Assembly (NCBI GenBank): GCA_964645985.1
Contig: CAZYCC010000003.1
Location: forward strand, 13,943 to 48,970
Reading direction: 5' to 3'
Source of the DNA: an uncultured Lachnospiraceae bacterium
GTDB lineage: Bacteria > Bacillota > Clostridia > Oscillospirales > CAG-272
DNA length: 35,028 bases
This document shows, piece by piece, positions 1-9,200 of this stretch. The first letter of the stretch is position 1, and every line of letters starts with the position of its first letter. The notes beneath the pieces were generated by a model, which saw only the letters and a program-made list of their open reading frames with translations, was not told where the DNA came from and ran no database searches. The position numbers were made by a program, and so were the translations under genes.

Positions 1-1
1 G

Positions 2-547
2 GCGCGCGGGGAGAGCGGGTCGCTTACGCTAGAAGCCTGCATCGTCGTGCCGGTTTTCATTTTCCTGATGCTCTTTGTTAACGGGATCTTCGTTCTGTTT
101 ATGGGGCAGCAGGTGGTCTCGCACGCCCTCCTGCAGAGCGCGAAGAGCATGGCGCTCGACGCATATTCCGCCGATCGAGTCACCGATAACGCCGAAGTTG
201 CAGAGATGTTCACCGACATTTTCGGGTTCGTGAGCGGGGGAAACGATTATTTCTCCACGAAAAAATGGTATGCCGAAGGTGAGGCGGGCTCAGATGAGAT
301 CAATGAGATCGCGAAAAATCGCTTCAAGGCGTATCTGCGGGGAGGCAGCTCGGACGATCTGCTGCGCGTCGTCGGCATCAAAGACGGGGTCGGCGGGATG
401 GTCTTTCAAGCGAGCGTCAGCGACGACAATATTTTGCAAATCGATGTCACCTACACGCAGGACTTCGTCTTCAATGCGTGGGGCATCGGCTCCTCCGAGC
501 GCACGCAGACGGTGAAGGTCAAATTGTTTCGGTATTTGGAGACCTGA
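2..547 (+). CDS. TadE/TadF-like pseudopilin (Tad/Flp pilus minor pilin), 5'-truncated by window edge
   Basis: The frame of ORF 47..547 is open back to base 2 and reads ARGESG|SLTLEACIVVPVFIFLMLFVNGIFVLF. This is a class III (prepilin) signal with Gly at -1, Glu at +5 and a long hydrophobic helix. The true start lies upstream of the window. Confidence 0.8.
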   Translation, partial: ARGESGSLTLEACIVVPVFIFLMLFVNGIFVLFMGQQVVSHALLQSAKSMALDAYSADRVTDNAEVAEMFTDIFGFVSGGNDYFSTKKWYAEGEAGSDEINEIAKNRFKAYLRGGSSDDLLRVVGIKDGVGGMVFQASVSDDNILQIDVTYTQDFVFNAWGIGSSERTQTVKVKLFRYLET

Positions 548-621
548 TCGCCGCGCGTATCGCGAGAAAAAGCGCGGCAAAATCGGCACCTGCCGGTGCG
601 TGAGAGGAGAGAAGGGAAAAT

Positions 622-2301
622 ATGCGTATGAATTTTCGCAGCGAACACGAGGGAACCACCACCTTCTTAGTTTACGATTTGCGTGAGGATGATAAGATCG
701 ATCGCGTCAGCCTCGGGATGATCGTCAACAACAAAATCCCCGGTATCGCGAACACCATCTACACGACGATGGACGAGCGGCGGTTCCTCAAGTACAACGT
801 CACCTCTAAGGTTTCGCTCGCGCAGTATTTCACCGGCGCGGTCAGTAAGCGGCGCCTGCTAAGCGTGCTCTCCGGGATAACCGAGGGTCTTCTCTCGGCG
901 GAAGACTATATGATCGATCCGCAGATGCTCCTCTTAGATAAAGAGACCATCTTCGCGGACGTGTCGACCGGGGAGACGGTGCTGCTCTGTCTGCCTATCT
1001 TCCCCCGGCAGGGCAGCGAGAAAAAAGACCTGCTCACTTTCTTTAAGAATCTCATCTTCAACATCCAATACGATGCGAGTGAGAGCTCGGAGCACGTGAC
1101 GGCGATCATTAACTACCTCAACAGCACGCCCACCATCTCCCTATCCGATTTTCGCAAGCTTCTTAACCGTCTCACTCACCCGGGGGCGCAGGCGCAGCAC
1201 ACGCCGAGCGTGAGCGCGCCCGAGGCGGCGCATAGCGGGGTTTCGGTTCTCCGCGCCGCGCCCGCCGCGCCGCAGGCGCCGGCGTCCGCTCCGGTTCGGC
1301 AGGCAGCTCCTCCCGCGCGCCCCACCACTCCTGCCGCGCCCTCGCCGCGCCCGTATACCCCGCCGGCAGCCCCGCCGCAGCGCCCCGCGGTACAGACCCC
1401 ACCCGCTCCGCAGAACATTCCGCGCGCACCGGGAGCAAAAGGCGGCGCCGCGAACCCCGGCTATGCCGTCCCGGGGAAGAGCGGCCCCGCGCCGATTTCC
1501 TCAAACCCTCCCGCAGGAGATGCCGCGGGCGGGGAAAGCATCAGTTTCTTTTACCTGATGCAGCATTACAACAAAGAAAATGCCTCCGCTTATAAAGCGC
1601 AAAAAGAGGCGAAAAAGTCGGGCGGCAAATCCAAGCAGCAAAGCGCTCCGCCCGCTGCCCCCGCCGCTGGATATGCCGCTCCGGGTGCGCAAACTCCTCC
1701 CGCGACCTACGCCGCGCGCCCTGCCACGCCCCCTGCCGCGGGAAGCTATCCTCCACGCGCCGGGGCTTCGCCGGTGCAGCCAATGCAGCCGGCGCGACCG
1801 GGTCAACCTGTGCAGCCGATGCGGCCGGTACAGCCGGTGCAACCTGTGCGGCCGGTTCAACCTGTGCAGCCTGTGACACCGCCTCCTCGGCCCTACACGC
1901 CGTCTGCCCCCGCCGCGAGTGGGAACTTCGGCGAGACCATCGTTCTCACGGGGGGTCTGGGGAGCGGAAATACTGTCCAGCTTGACAAAGCAAAGCGCGG
2001 CGCGCCGACGCCGATTCTCGTGCGACGCAAGAACGGCGAGCGCATTCCCATCAATCGCTCGCCCTTCAAAATCGGCAAAGAGCGCAGCTACGTCGATTAT
2101 TTTGTCTCGGACAATACGGCGGTGAGCCGCAGTCACGCCTGCATCCTCACGCGCGGCGGCAGCTACTACATCATCGACACCAACTCCACCAACCACACCT
2201 ACATTAACGACCGCATTATCGAGAGCAACGTGGAGGTTCCGCTGAACAGCGGCGACCGCGTGATGCTCGGCGATGAGGAGTTCGTTTTCCAGGTGCTGTA
2301 A
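622..2301 (+). CDS. DUF6382-like N-terminal domain + Pro/Ala-rich linker + C-terminal FHA domain protein
   Basis: Purine-rich SD (GAGGAGAGAAGGGAAAA) precedes ATG622. C-terminal FHA motifs: FKIGK, AVSRSHA, IIDTNSTNHTYIN, GDRVMLGDEEF. The N-terminal ~180 aa (GMIVNNKIPG, YNVTSKVSL, EDYMIDPQMLLLDKETIF) match my recollection of DUF6382 from clostridial tad loci. Confidence 0.8.
   Translation: MRMNFRSEHEGTTTFLVYDLREDDKIDRVSLGMIVNNKIPGIANTIYTTMDERRFLKYNVTSKVSLAQYFTGAVSKRRLLSVLSGITEGLLSAEDYMIDPQMLLLDKETIFADVSTGETVLLCLPIFPRQGSEKKDLLTFFKNLIFNIQYDASESSEHVTAIINYLNSTPTISLSDFRKLLNRLTHPGAQAQHTPSVSAPEAAHSGVSVLRAAPAAPQAPASAPVRQAAPPARPTTPAAPSPRPYTPPAAPPQRPAVQTPPAPQNIPRAPGAKGGAANPGYAVPGKSGPAPISSNPPAGDAAGGESISFFYLMQHYNKENASAYKAQKEAKKSGGKSKQQSAPPAAPAAGYAAPGAQTPPATYAARPATPPAAGSYPPRAGASPVQPMQPARPGQPVQPMRPVQPVQPVRPVQPVQPVTPPPRPYTPSAPAASGNFGETIVLTGGLGSGNTVQLDKAKRGAPTPILVRRKNGERIPINRSPFKIGKERSYVDYFVSDNTAVSRSHACILTRGGSYYIIDTNSTNHTYINDRIIESNVEVPLNSGDRVMLGDEEFVFQVL
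1771..1878 (+). repeat. 12 x 9-bp degenerate coding tandem repeat, (P-X-X)12
   Basis: Units ccggtgcag ccaatgcag ccggcgcga ccgggtcaa cctgtgcag ccgatgcgg ccggtacag ccggtgcaa cctgtgcgg ccggttcaa cctgtgcag cctgtgaca encode PVQ PMQ PAR PGQ PVQ PMR PVQ PVQ PVR PVQ PVQ PVT. Confidence 0.9.
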
Positions 2302-2570
2302 GCGCGGCGAGAGGGCGGCGCTGCCTAAAGGCGGGGCAGCGGCGCGAGAGCGGATCCGTTCTGCGTACCCGGCGCTCTGCGATAACCGCTGCGCAATCTG
2401 CCCCCATCGGGGGCAATCGCGCGCGGGCGCGGCAGATCGGAGAGGTGGGGCCAAGGCGCCGTGCGGCAGCGCCGAGCACGAGCGAGGGGTTCTGCAAGTC
2501 GCTCGCAAAGGCGGCGCGGGAGGCTCCCGCCGGTTATTTGCGGGGAGATCGAAAGGAGGCGGGTTTACGC

Positions 2571-3359
2571 ATGAATTTTCTCATCCACGCGGACACCGAC
2601 ATCGGCATATCGCGAAAAGCGAACCAAGACAGCCTCAGCGTGAAGATCCTATCGGATACGCGCGGGGATAAGCGAATGGTCCTCGCGGTTCTTTGCGATG
2701 GGATGGGGGGGCTCTCGCGCGGGGAGCTCGCCAGCGCCTCGGTGGTTCGCGCCTTCGACCGATGGGCGATGGACGCGCTGCCCGCTGTTCTTGCGAATAC
2801 CCCCGCAGGCTCGGACATTGAGGACAGCGTCATTCGCGCGCAGTGGGGAGGTCTCATCACCGAGCAGGACAAATCCATAAAATCCTACGGCAAGCTGACC
2901 GGCGCGCAGCTCGGGACAACGGTTGTCGCGCTTCTGCTCACCGATCGGCGCTACTACATCCTCAATGTTGGAGACTCGCGCGCGTACGAGCTACGCGGGG
3001 GGATCCGCCAGCTGACAAACGACCAGACGGTCGTTTCGCGGGAGGTCGCGCTCGGGCGGATGACCGAGGATGAGGCGCGCCTCGATCCGCGCCGCAACGT
3101 CCTGCTCCAGTGCATCGGCGCGGGAGACGACCTCTCGCCCGAGTTTCTCTTCGGCCCGACCGAAAAGGGCGCTACCTATCTGCTCTGCAGCGACGGCTTT
3201 CGCCACGAGGTGACCCCGGAGGAGATGTGGGGCAGCCTTCGCCCTGATTATCTTCCCGACGAGAGCACGATGAGCGCGAGCCTGCGCTCGCTTATCGACC
3301 TCAATATGGCGCGCGGGGAGAAGGACAACATTTCCGCCGTTTTGGTGAGGACACTTTGA
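2571..3359 (+). CDS. PP2C/PPM-family Ser/Thr protein phosphatase (accessory copy), 262 aa
   Basis: SD GAAAGGAGG at 2551-2559 favours ATG2571 over the ORF-track start. PPM motifs: R-K-A-N-Q-D, LCDGMGG, GTT, NVGDSR, T-N-D-Q, LLCSDG, DNIS. Confidence 0.93.
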   Translation: MNFLIHADTDIGISRKANQDSLSVKILSDTRGDKRMVLAVLCDGMGGLSRGELASASVVRAFDRWAMDALPAVLANTPAGSDIEDSVIRAQWGGLITEQDKSIKSYGKLTGAQLGTTVVALLLTDRRYYILNVGDSRAYELRGGIRQLTNDQTVVSREVALGRMTEDEARLDPRRNVLLQCIGAGDDLSPEFLFGPTEKGATYLLCSDGFRHEVTPEEMWGSLRPDYLPDESTMSASLRSLIDLNMARGEKDNISAVLVRTL

Positions 3360-3374
3360 GGAGAGGAAGGAAAA

Positions 3375-5078
3375 ATGCTCGAAATCGGGTCTCTCATCGA
3401 CGGGAAATATAAAATCTTAAACGAGGTGGGGCACGGCGGAATGAGCGTCGTCTACCTCGCGATGAACGAGAAAGCAAACAAGCAGTGGGCGATCAAAGAA
3501 GTTCGAAAGGACGGGGTAAAGGATCACGAGCTTGTACGGCAGGGGCTCATCGCCGAGGTTGACATTTTAAAGAAGCTCAGCCACCCCGCGCTGCCGAGCA
3601 TCATCGACGTCATCGACTGGGGAGATTCCTTCCTCATCGTGATGGACTACATCCAGGGCAACTCCCTCAAGCAAGCGCTCGATGAGTACGGCGCGCTGCC
3701 TCAGGATGACGTCATCAAGTGGGCGATGCAGCTGTGCGACGTGCTCGGGTATCTGCACACGCGCAACCCGCCGATTATCTATCGCGACATGAAGCCGGCG
3801 AACATTATGCTCAAGCCGGATGGCAATATCAGCCTCATCGACTTCGGCACGGCGAGGGAATTTAAGGCGCAGAACGTTAATCTTGACGACACGGTGAGCG
3901 TCGGGACGATAGGATACGCCGCTCCCGAGCAGTACGGCGGGCGCGGGCAGAGCGACGCGCGCACCGACATCTACAATCTTGGCGTTACACTGCACTATCT
4001 GCTGACCGGCGTCCCTCCTTCCAGCGATCCCTACGGGGTGCTTCGCCCGATTCGCGAAATTAACCCCGCCCTCTCGGTCGGTCTTGAGCGCATTATCCTC
4101 AAGTGCACACAGCAGGACGCGCGCAACCGTTATCAGTCCGCCGCCGAGCTGATGTACGCGCTCCAGCACTACAAGGAGAACGACGATGTATACAGCCGCA
4201 AGCAGAAGGGCAAGCTCGCGGCGTTTCTCACCCCGGCGGTTCTTTCGATAGTTCTCGCGGCGGTCTCGGTCTGGGGATATATGTCGGCGGAGGCGAAGAA
4301 GCGGGAAAACTATGACTATCTCCTGCGCAACGCGGCGAGCGTGGACGACTATTACGAGGCGATCGTCACCGACCCCACGCGAGCAGATGCCTATCTCGGC
4401 AACGGCGAGGTGCCGGGGATCATCTCCTTCCTCACCTCCGACGGGGAACTGACGACCGAGGAGGGCGCCACTTTCACAGAGCTGCGCGGCGGCCTCACGC
4501 AGACCGACCGAGAGGGGTACAGCTCGGATGTCAATGTTCTCGAGACGCTCAAAACCAAAAATCCCGAGGTGTATGAGGACGTATGCTATGAGGTAGGCGA
4601 GGCGTATCTCTTCTACTACACCATCGGCGTGGAAAAGGACAAATACGCGCAGGCGGCGTCTTGGTTCAAAGACGCAGGAGATCGCTACCCCGACGCGAGG
4701 ATGTACTGCGAAATTTCCGATTGCCTGCAGAATATCGAAAAATACCGCCGCGCCGAGCAGTATGCCAAGCTCTCGCAAGAGTTCGAAACGCTCTGGGAAA
4801 AGGAAAAAGACCTGCTCGACCGCGTGGAGGACTTTGATGAGGATATGCGTCTGCGCGTCTGGAACGAGGTGGTGCGGATGATCTCGGAGAACGCCGCCGC
4901 CTTTTGCGAGGTTGCGCCGAAGGAAGAGATCAGCGGCACCCTCACGCGCATTGCGAACGGCGCGGACGGCATCGGCGGCGCTTTCCTCGAGGACAGTCTT
5001 GCGACCTTGCGCGCCAACCTCGAGACCGCGCGGGCGAAAGTTCTCTCGGTGAAGGATCAGGCGGAGGAGGGCGAGTAG
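3375..5078 (+). CDS. Hanks-type Ser/Thr protein kinase, single TM helix, non-PASTA extracellular helical domain
   Basis: Kinase motifs GHGGMSVV, AIK, YRDMKPANIML, DFG, GTIGYAAPEQ, DIYNLG. TM segment LAAFLTPAVLSIVLAAVSVWGYM. SD GAGGAAGG; 15 nt after the phosphatase stop. Confidence 0.93.
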   Translation: MLEIGSLIDGKYKILNEVGHGGMSVVYLAMNEKANKQWAIKEVRKDGVKDHELVRQGLIAEVDILKKLSHPALPSIIDVIDWGDSFLIVMDYIQGNSLKQALDEYGALPQDDVIKWAMQLCDVLGYLHTRNPPIIYRDMKPANIMLKPDGNISLIDFGTAREFKAQNVNLDDTVSVGTIGYAAPEQYGGRGQSDARTDIYNLGVTLHYLLTGVPPSSDPYGVLRPIREINPALSVGLERIILKCTQQDARNRYQSAAELMYALQHYKENDDVYSRKQKGKLAAFLTPAVLSIVLAAVSVWGYMSAEAKKRENYDYLLRNAASVDDYYEAIVTDPTRADAYLGNGEVPGIISFLTSDGELTTEEGATFTELRGGLTQTDREGYSSDVNVLETLKTKNPEVYEDVCYEVGEAYLFYYTIGVEKDKYAQAASWFKDAGDRYPDARMYCEISDCLQNIEKYRRAEQYAKLSQEFETLWEKEKDLLDRVEDFDEDMRLRVWNEVVRMISENAAAFCEVAPKEEISGTLTRIANGADGIGGAFLEDSLATLRANLETARAKVLSVKDQAEEGE

Positions 5079-5082
5079 ACAA

Positions 5083-5634
5083 ATGACCTACGACACCTAT
5101 CGCGCGGTCTTCTTCATCGCGGCAGTAGGGGCGGGGGCGGCGTTTCTCACGGCAATCGTCCTCTTCTTTGCGCTGCGCATTCCGCGCGTCCTCGGATACC
5201 TCACCGGGTCGGCGCAGCGGCGCGCCGTCGCGCGCATCCGCAGTGAGACGGCGGTCTCCGGGCGCACGGCAATGGCAGGTTCGCACGCCGAGAGCGCCGC
5301 CGCGCCCGCGGAAGCCTCCTCCGCCGCCTCCGGCGGCAGCTCTTCCGCGGGGAGCTCCTCCTCCGCAAAGGGAAACGCCGCGCGCCCGCACTCCGCGCGC
5401 ATCGCCCTCGGGGAGAAGGGCAGCGGCCCCTCCACCTCGAAGCTGACGACAGGCGAATTTCCCGCGCGCGGCGAGGAGACCACGCTCCTGCAAAAGAACA
5501 AACCGCCTCGGCAAAGGGAAATCCCGCCGGGCGAGGAAAGCGCCCCTCTCGCGGGGCCGCTCTTAATCGAGCGGGAGATTACCTTCCTCCACACCGACGA
5601 GTTCATCCCGCCCCCCGCCCATCCCGGTTACTGA
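5083..5634 (+). CDS. Hypothetical single-pass membrane protein with low-complexity tail (ETTLL motif)
   Basis: ATG 4 nt after the kinase stop, with GGAGGAGG upstream. N-terminal hydrophobic helix, then an Arg-rich segment, an Ala/Ser linker, GEETTLL and a C-terminal IEREITFLHTDE. Confidence 0.75.
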   Translation: MTYDTYRAVFFIAAVGAGAAFLTAIVLFFALRIPRVLGYLTGSAQRRAVARIRSETAVSGRTAMAGSHAESAAAPAEASSAASGGSSSAGSSSSAKGNAARPHSARIALGEKGSGPSTSKLTTGEFPARGEETTLLQKNKPPRQREIPPGEESAPLAGPLLIEREITFLHTDEFIPPPAHPGY

Positions 5635-5718
5635 CGCGCTCTTCCTGCGTTGAGCTTGCCGGCCGAAAGCCGCTACGCTCATCGAGTTTCTTTTCCCCTC
5701 TTTCCTTCTTTCGCTTTC

Positions 5719-6270
5719 ATGTCCGCCTCTACCGCACAAAGCGCCGCAGGGTTTTCTCTGAAACGGCTGCGCGCGCTTCTCGCGGGGCAAGTGGGGTGCT
5801 TCGCCGTCTCTTTCTTCTCTCTTTCCTTCACGCCGCTGCTGACGCGCGGGGGTAGGGGGGAGCGCGCCGGCACTATCCTTCTCGCCTCGCTGTTCTGGTT
5901 TTTCTTCCTCGCGGGGATTGTACTTGTCATCCTCGCGGGAGCGTACACGAAGCAGAAGCGCGCCGCCCTTCGCGGGAAGGGTGTTTTGCCGCGTCATCTG
6001 CCCGGCGTTATTTGCTTTCGCGGAGCGTCGCGGGCGTGCTTTTCCCTGCCGCGCGTGATTTTCTACGCGGTTTTCGCGGTAGGGGCGGTTCTCCTCGTCT
6101 GCGATTTGCTGTTTTCCTTCCTGCCGGGGAGTCTTCTCCCCCTGACACTGTCCATTACGCTGTTCGCCTTTGCCCTACACGCGGTGGCGGACGGCGAAAC
6201 CTACCAAACCTATGCGATCCTGAAAAACTCGCATGAGCATCTGCCGAAAAGGATGGGCCACCATGAGTAA
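5719..6270 (+). CDS. Hypothetical multi-pass (about 4 TM) membrane protein
   Basis: Four hydrophobic segments. The stop overlaps the next start (ATGAGTAA at 6263-6270). Start uncertain (ATG5719 vs TTG5650). Confidence 0.65.
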   Translation: MSASTAQSAAGFSLKRLRALLAGQVGCFAVSFFSLSFTPLLTRGGRGERAGTILLASLFWFFFLAGIVLVILAGAYTKQKRAALRGKGVLPRHLPGVICFRGASRACFSLPRVIFYAVFAVGAVLLVCDLLFSFLPGSLLPLTLSITLFAFALHAVADGETYQTYAILKNSHEHLPKRMGHHE

Positions 6271-9200
6271 CAAGCAAAGCGGCGCGCAGACCTCCGCGCG
6301 CCCCCGCCGCGCAACGCGCCTCGCCGCGCTCTTTTTAACGCTGGCGACACTTTTTACCTGCCTGCCGGCTCTCACGCCGGCGGCGGAGGCGCCATTGGCG
6401 AAGAAAGATTTTACCGTCACGGTCACCGGAGCTATGGTTCGCCTCTATGACGCGACTGTGAAGATCTTCGAGAAAGGCGCCGCGGGCGAACCCATCGAAA
6501 CGAAGAGCACAGATTTCACGGGTGTGGCGACCTTCTCGCTCGAGGACGACCCCGCAAAGAGCTATACCTATGAGGTCTCCAAGACCGGCTACACCACGAG
6601 AACGGGGGATGTCGACCTCTCCGCAGGCGAGGTGAAAGTCACGCTCGAGTGGAGAGCGAAAAGAACCATCGCCGGCGTTGTGCAGGATGCCGACGGCGGC
6701 GCCCCGATCGACGGGGCGAGCGTCACCCTCAAAGGGGAGGATCTCGGCGAGGAGGGGCAGACCGAGACAACCGAGGCGGACGGGAAGTTCTCCTTCCCGG
6801 ACATTTACGAGGGGACGTATACCCTCACGGTGACGAAAAAAGAGTACAAGAAGAGCGAGACTGCGGTCGATTTCGAGAGAAGCGACAATATCGTTATCGA
6901 ACTTTCGAAAAAAACCGAGAACAGCCTCTCCTTTGAGGGCATAGACCCCGAGGCCGGAATCGTGATAGCGTACAATACGCAGGTCACGCACGCGGCAAAA
7001 TCGGACAAAGGACGGGTGGGCATTAAGTACAGCGTCAACGAAGAGGGCGCGGGGGTTGTCAGCGTCGACCCGGACTCGGGGCAGGTAACAGCGATAAAAC
7101 CCGGAGACGCGACGATAACGGCGAGCCTCGAGGAGAACGATGAATATCTCGCCTGCGCCGTCTCGTACAAGGTAAAGGTCGTTCCCGCGGCTCAAGCGAG
7201 TTTTTCCTTTGATGATACCATTCCCGAAGCGATGGAGTGGGACGACGGGCCCTTCACGTACGCGGCCACAGGCGGATCGGGAGACGGGAAAATCACCTAT
7301 TCCATCGACTCGCAAAACCCCGAAAATACCGCTACCATCAATCCGGATACCGGCGCTCTGACGGCGACAAGACCCGGGACGGTAACCGTCAAGGCGACTA
7401 AGGACGGAGGAGATAATTACAAGGTTGCCGAGGCAAGCTACACTATCGAATTTGAAAAAGCGACGCAATCTCCTTTAGCTTTCCAATTTATCGGTGATTC
7501 CGACAGTCACAGCGTCGTTTACGGAGGGGCGTTCTGGGCAAGCGCGATAGGCGGAAGCACAGATGAGGCCATCGTTTATTCCATCTCCGACGAGGGAAAA
7601 AGCCTCGCCACCGTCGACGCGTTCGGTATTGTGACACCGCTCGGAAAAGGAACAGTCACGGTAAAGGCGGTTCGCCCGGGAGGCGATCTTTATAATGACG
7701 TGGAAGCCACCTACGAGCTTGACATCCTCCCTGCGGAGCGGGTGGAAACCGGTTTCAAAATAGAAGGAGGCAGTTTTAACAAAAAGTGCGGAGAAAACAA
7801 TAACACGTTTACGAACCCTATCGAATTTGGCGACAGAGAATCTCCAAGCGAGGTTTCCTATTCCACCACCGCGTCCTGCGTCAGTGTGGACGGGGAAGGG
7901 GTTGTTACGCTGAAGGGGCGCGGTATCGCGATGATCACCGCGACGGTCGCCGAGAACGAGCAGTACAAGGAGAGAACCTACTCCTATATCCTCTTCATCG
8001 ACGGGGCGGATCAGGAGATCACGTTTGCGAATGACCCCGTACCCCCTCTCACATACGGGGAAAACGTTACTTACACCAATAAGGCAAGCGCGAAGCCAAC
8101 AGGCACCGCCGCCGCGCCGGAGGACGTTCCCGTCTCCACCATCACCTACTCCATCACCTCTAGCTATCCCGACGAGAATACCGCGAGTATTGACAGCGCG
8201 ACCGGCAAGGTAACTCCGCTCAAAGCGGGAAAAGTGGTCATCACGGCGACCGCCGCTCCGACCTCTTGGTATAACGGCGCCTCCGCCTCCTATACCCTAA
8301 CCATCCAGCGCGCCGACCAGACCGTTCACTTTGAAAAGGGGCAGGTAGAGGAGGATCGTGTCTCAGTCGAGGTGACCTTCAACGATAACGGAAACCACTT
8401 CCAAAACAAGCTCCTCAGCGATGAGATTAGCGTGGTGGACGCGAAGGTTAGTTACAAGGTTACCAGCGGAGGGGAATATGTCAGCGCTGACGACGGCGGC
8501 GAATCCATCGGTGATGGCAAATTCCTCCCGGAGGAAAGCAAAGGCAGCTTCACCATCCTCGGTGCGAAGACGATAGTTGTCGAGGCGACCATCGAGGAAA
8601 CCGAGCAGTATAATGCGGCGACCCTCAGCTATACGCTCACTGTCCATAAGGATCAGCAGTCCGTCTCCTTTGAGAAAAGCGGCACCGTCACCGTTTTTGC
8701 GGGGCACAATCTCAAAGGGTATAACGTCAGCGCGCCCGGACAGCTCACCGTTACACAGAGCGAGCTGCACGGAGAGGGCGCAATCACTTATTCCTGCGAG
8801 AATGACGGCAGCGGCGATGAGCAGGTCATCAAGAGCCTGACACCGGAAGGGCAGCTCGAACTTACCTACAACGCGGGCAGCGTCACCATTAAAGCTTCGG
8901 TCGCGGAGGACGAGAACTATGAGGGGGCGAGCGACAGCTTTACTCTCCAAGTGAAATGGTGGGAGCCCGATAACCCCGACGATTATTTTACCCTCGACGG
9001 GGACAAAAACGACCCAGATAACGAATGGTTCACAGGCGACGTCACCCTGCGAGGGGCAAAGGGTGCGACGGTCGGTTTCGAGCACCAAAACGGAAGTAGC
9101 GATTTCGAAGAGTCGCACTTGCTCGAGGCAGCAAACGAAGATGGTACTTACGAAATTGAATTCCGGCTGCGCAGCTGGAACGGCGACATTTCCAGCCCAA

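Noticed and set aside
1771-1878. Periodic repeat considered as a CRISPR array or contingency locus
   Set aside because: The units are contiguous, in-frame, degenerate 9-mers with no spacers. No CRISPR array, cas gene, tRNA, rRNA, integrase or transposase was seen anywhere in the window.
2445-2570. ORF-track N-terminal extensions (2445, 6233, 17551, 21061, 23312, 24650, 28683, 30236, 31435)
   Set aside because: Downstream starts fit RBS position, signal peptide or family N-termini better; TTG23312 is the promoter -35 box.
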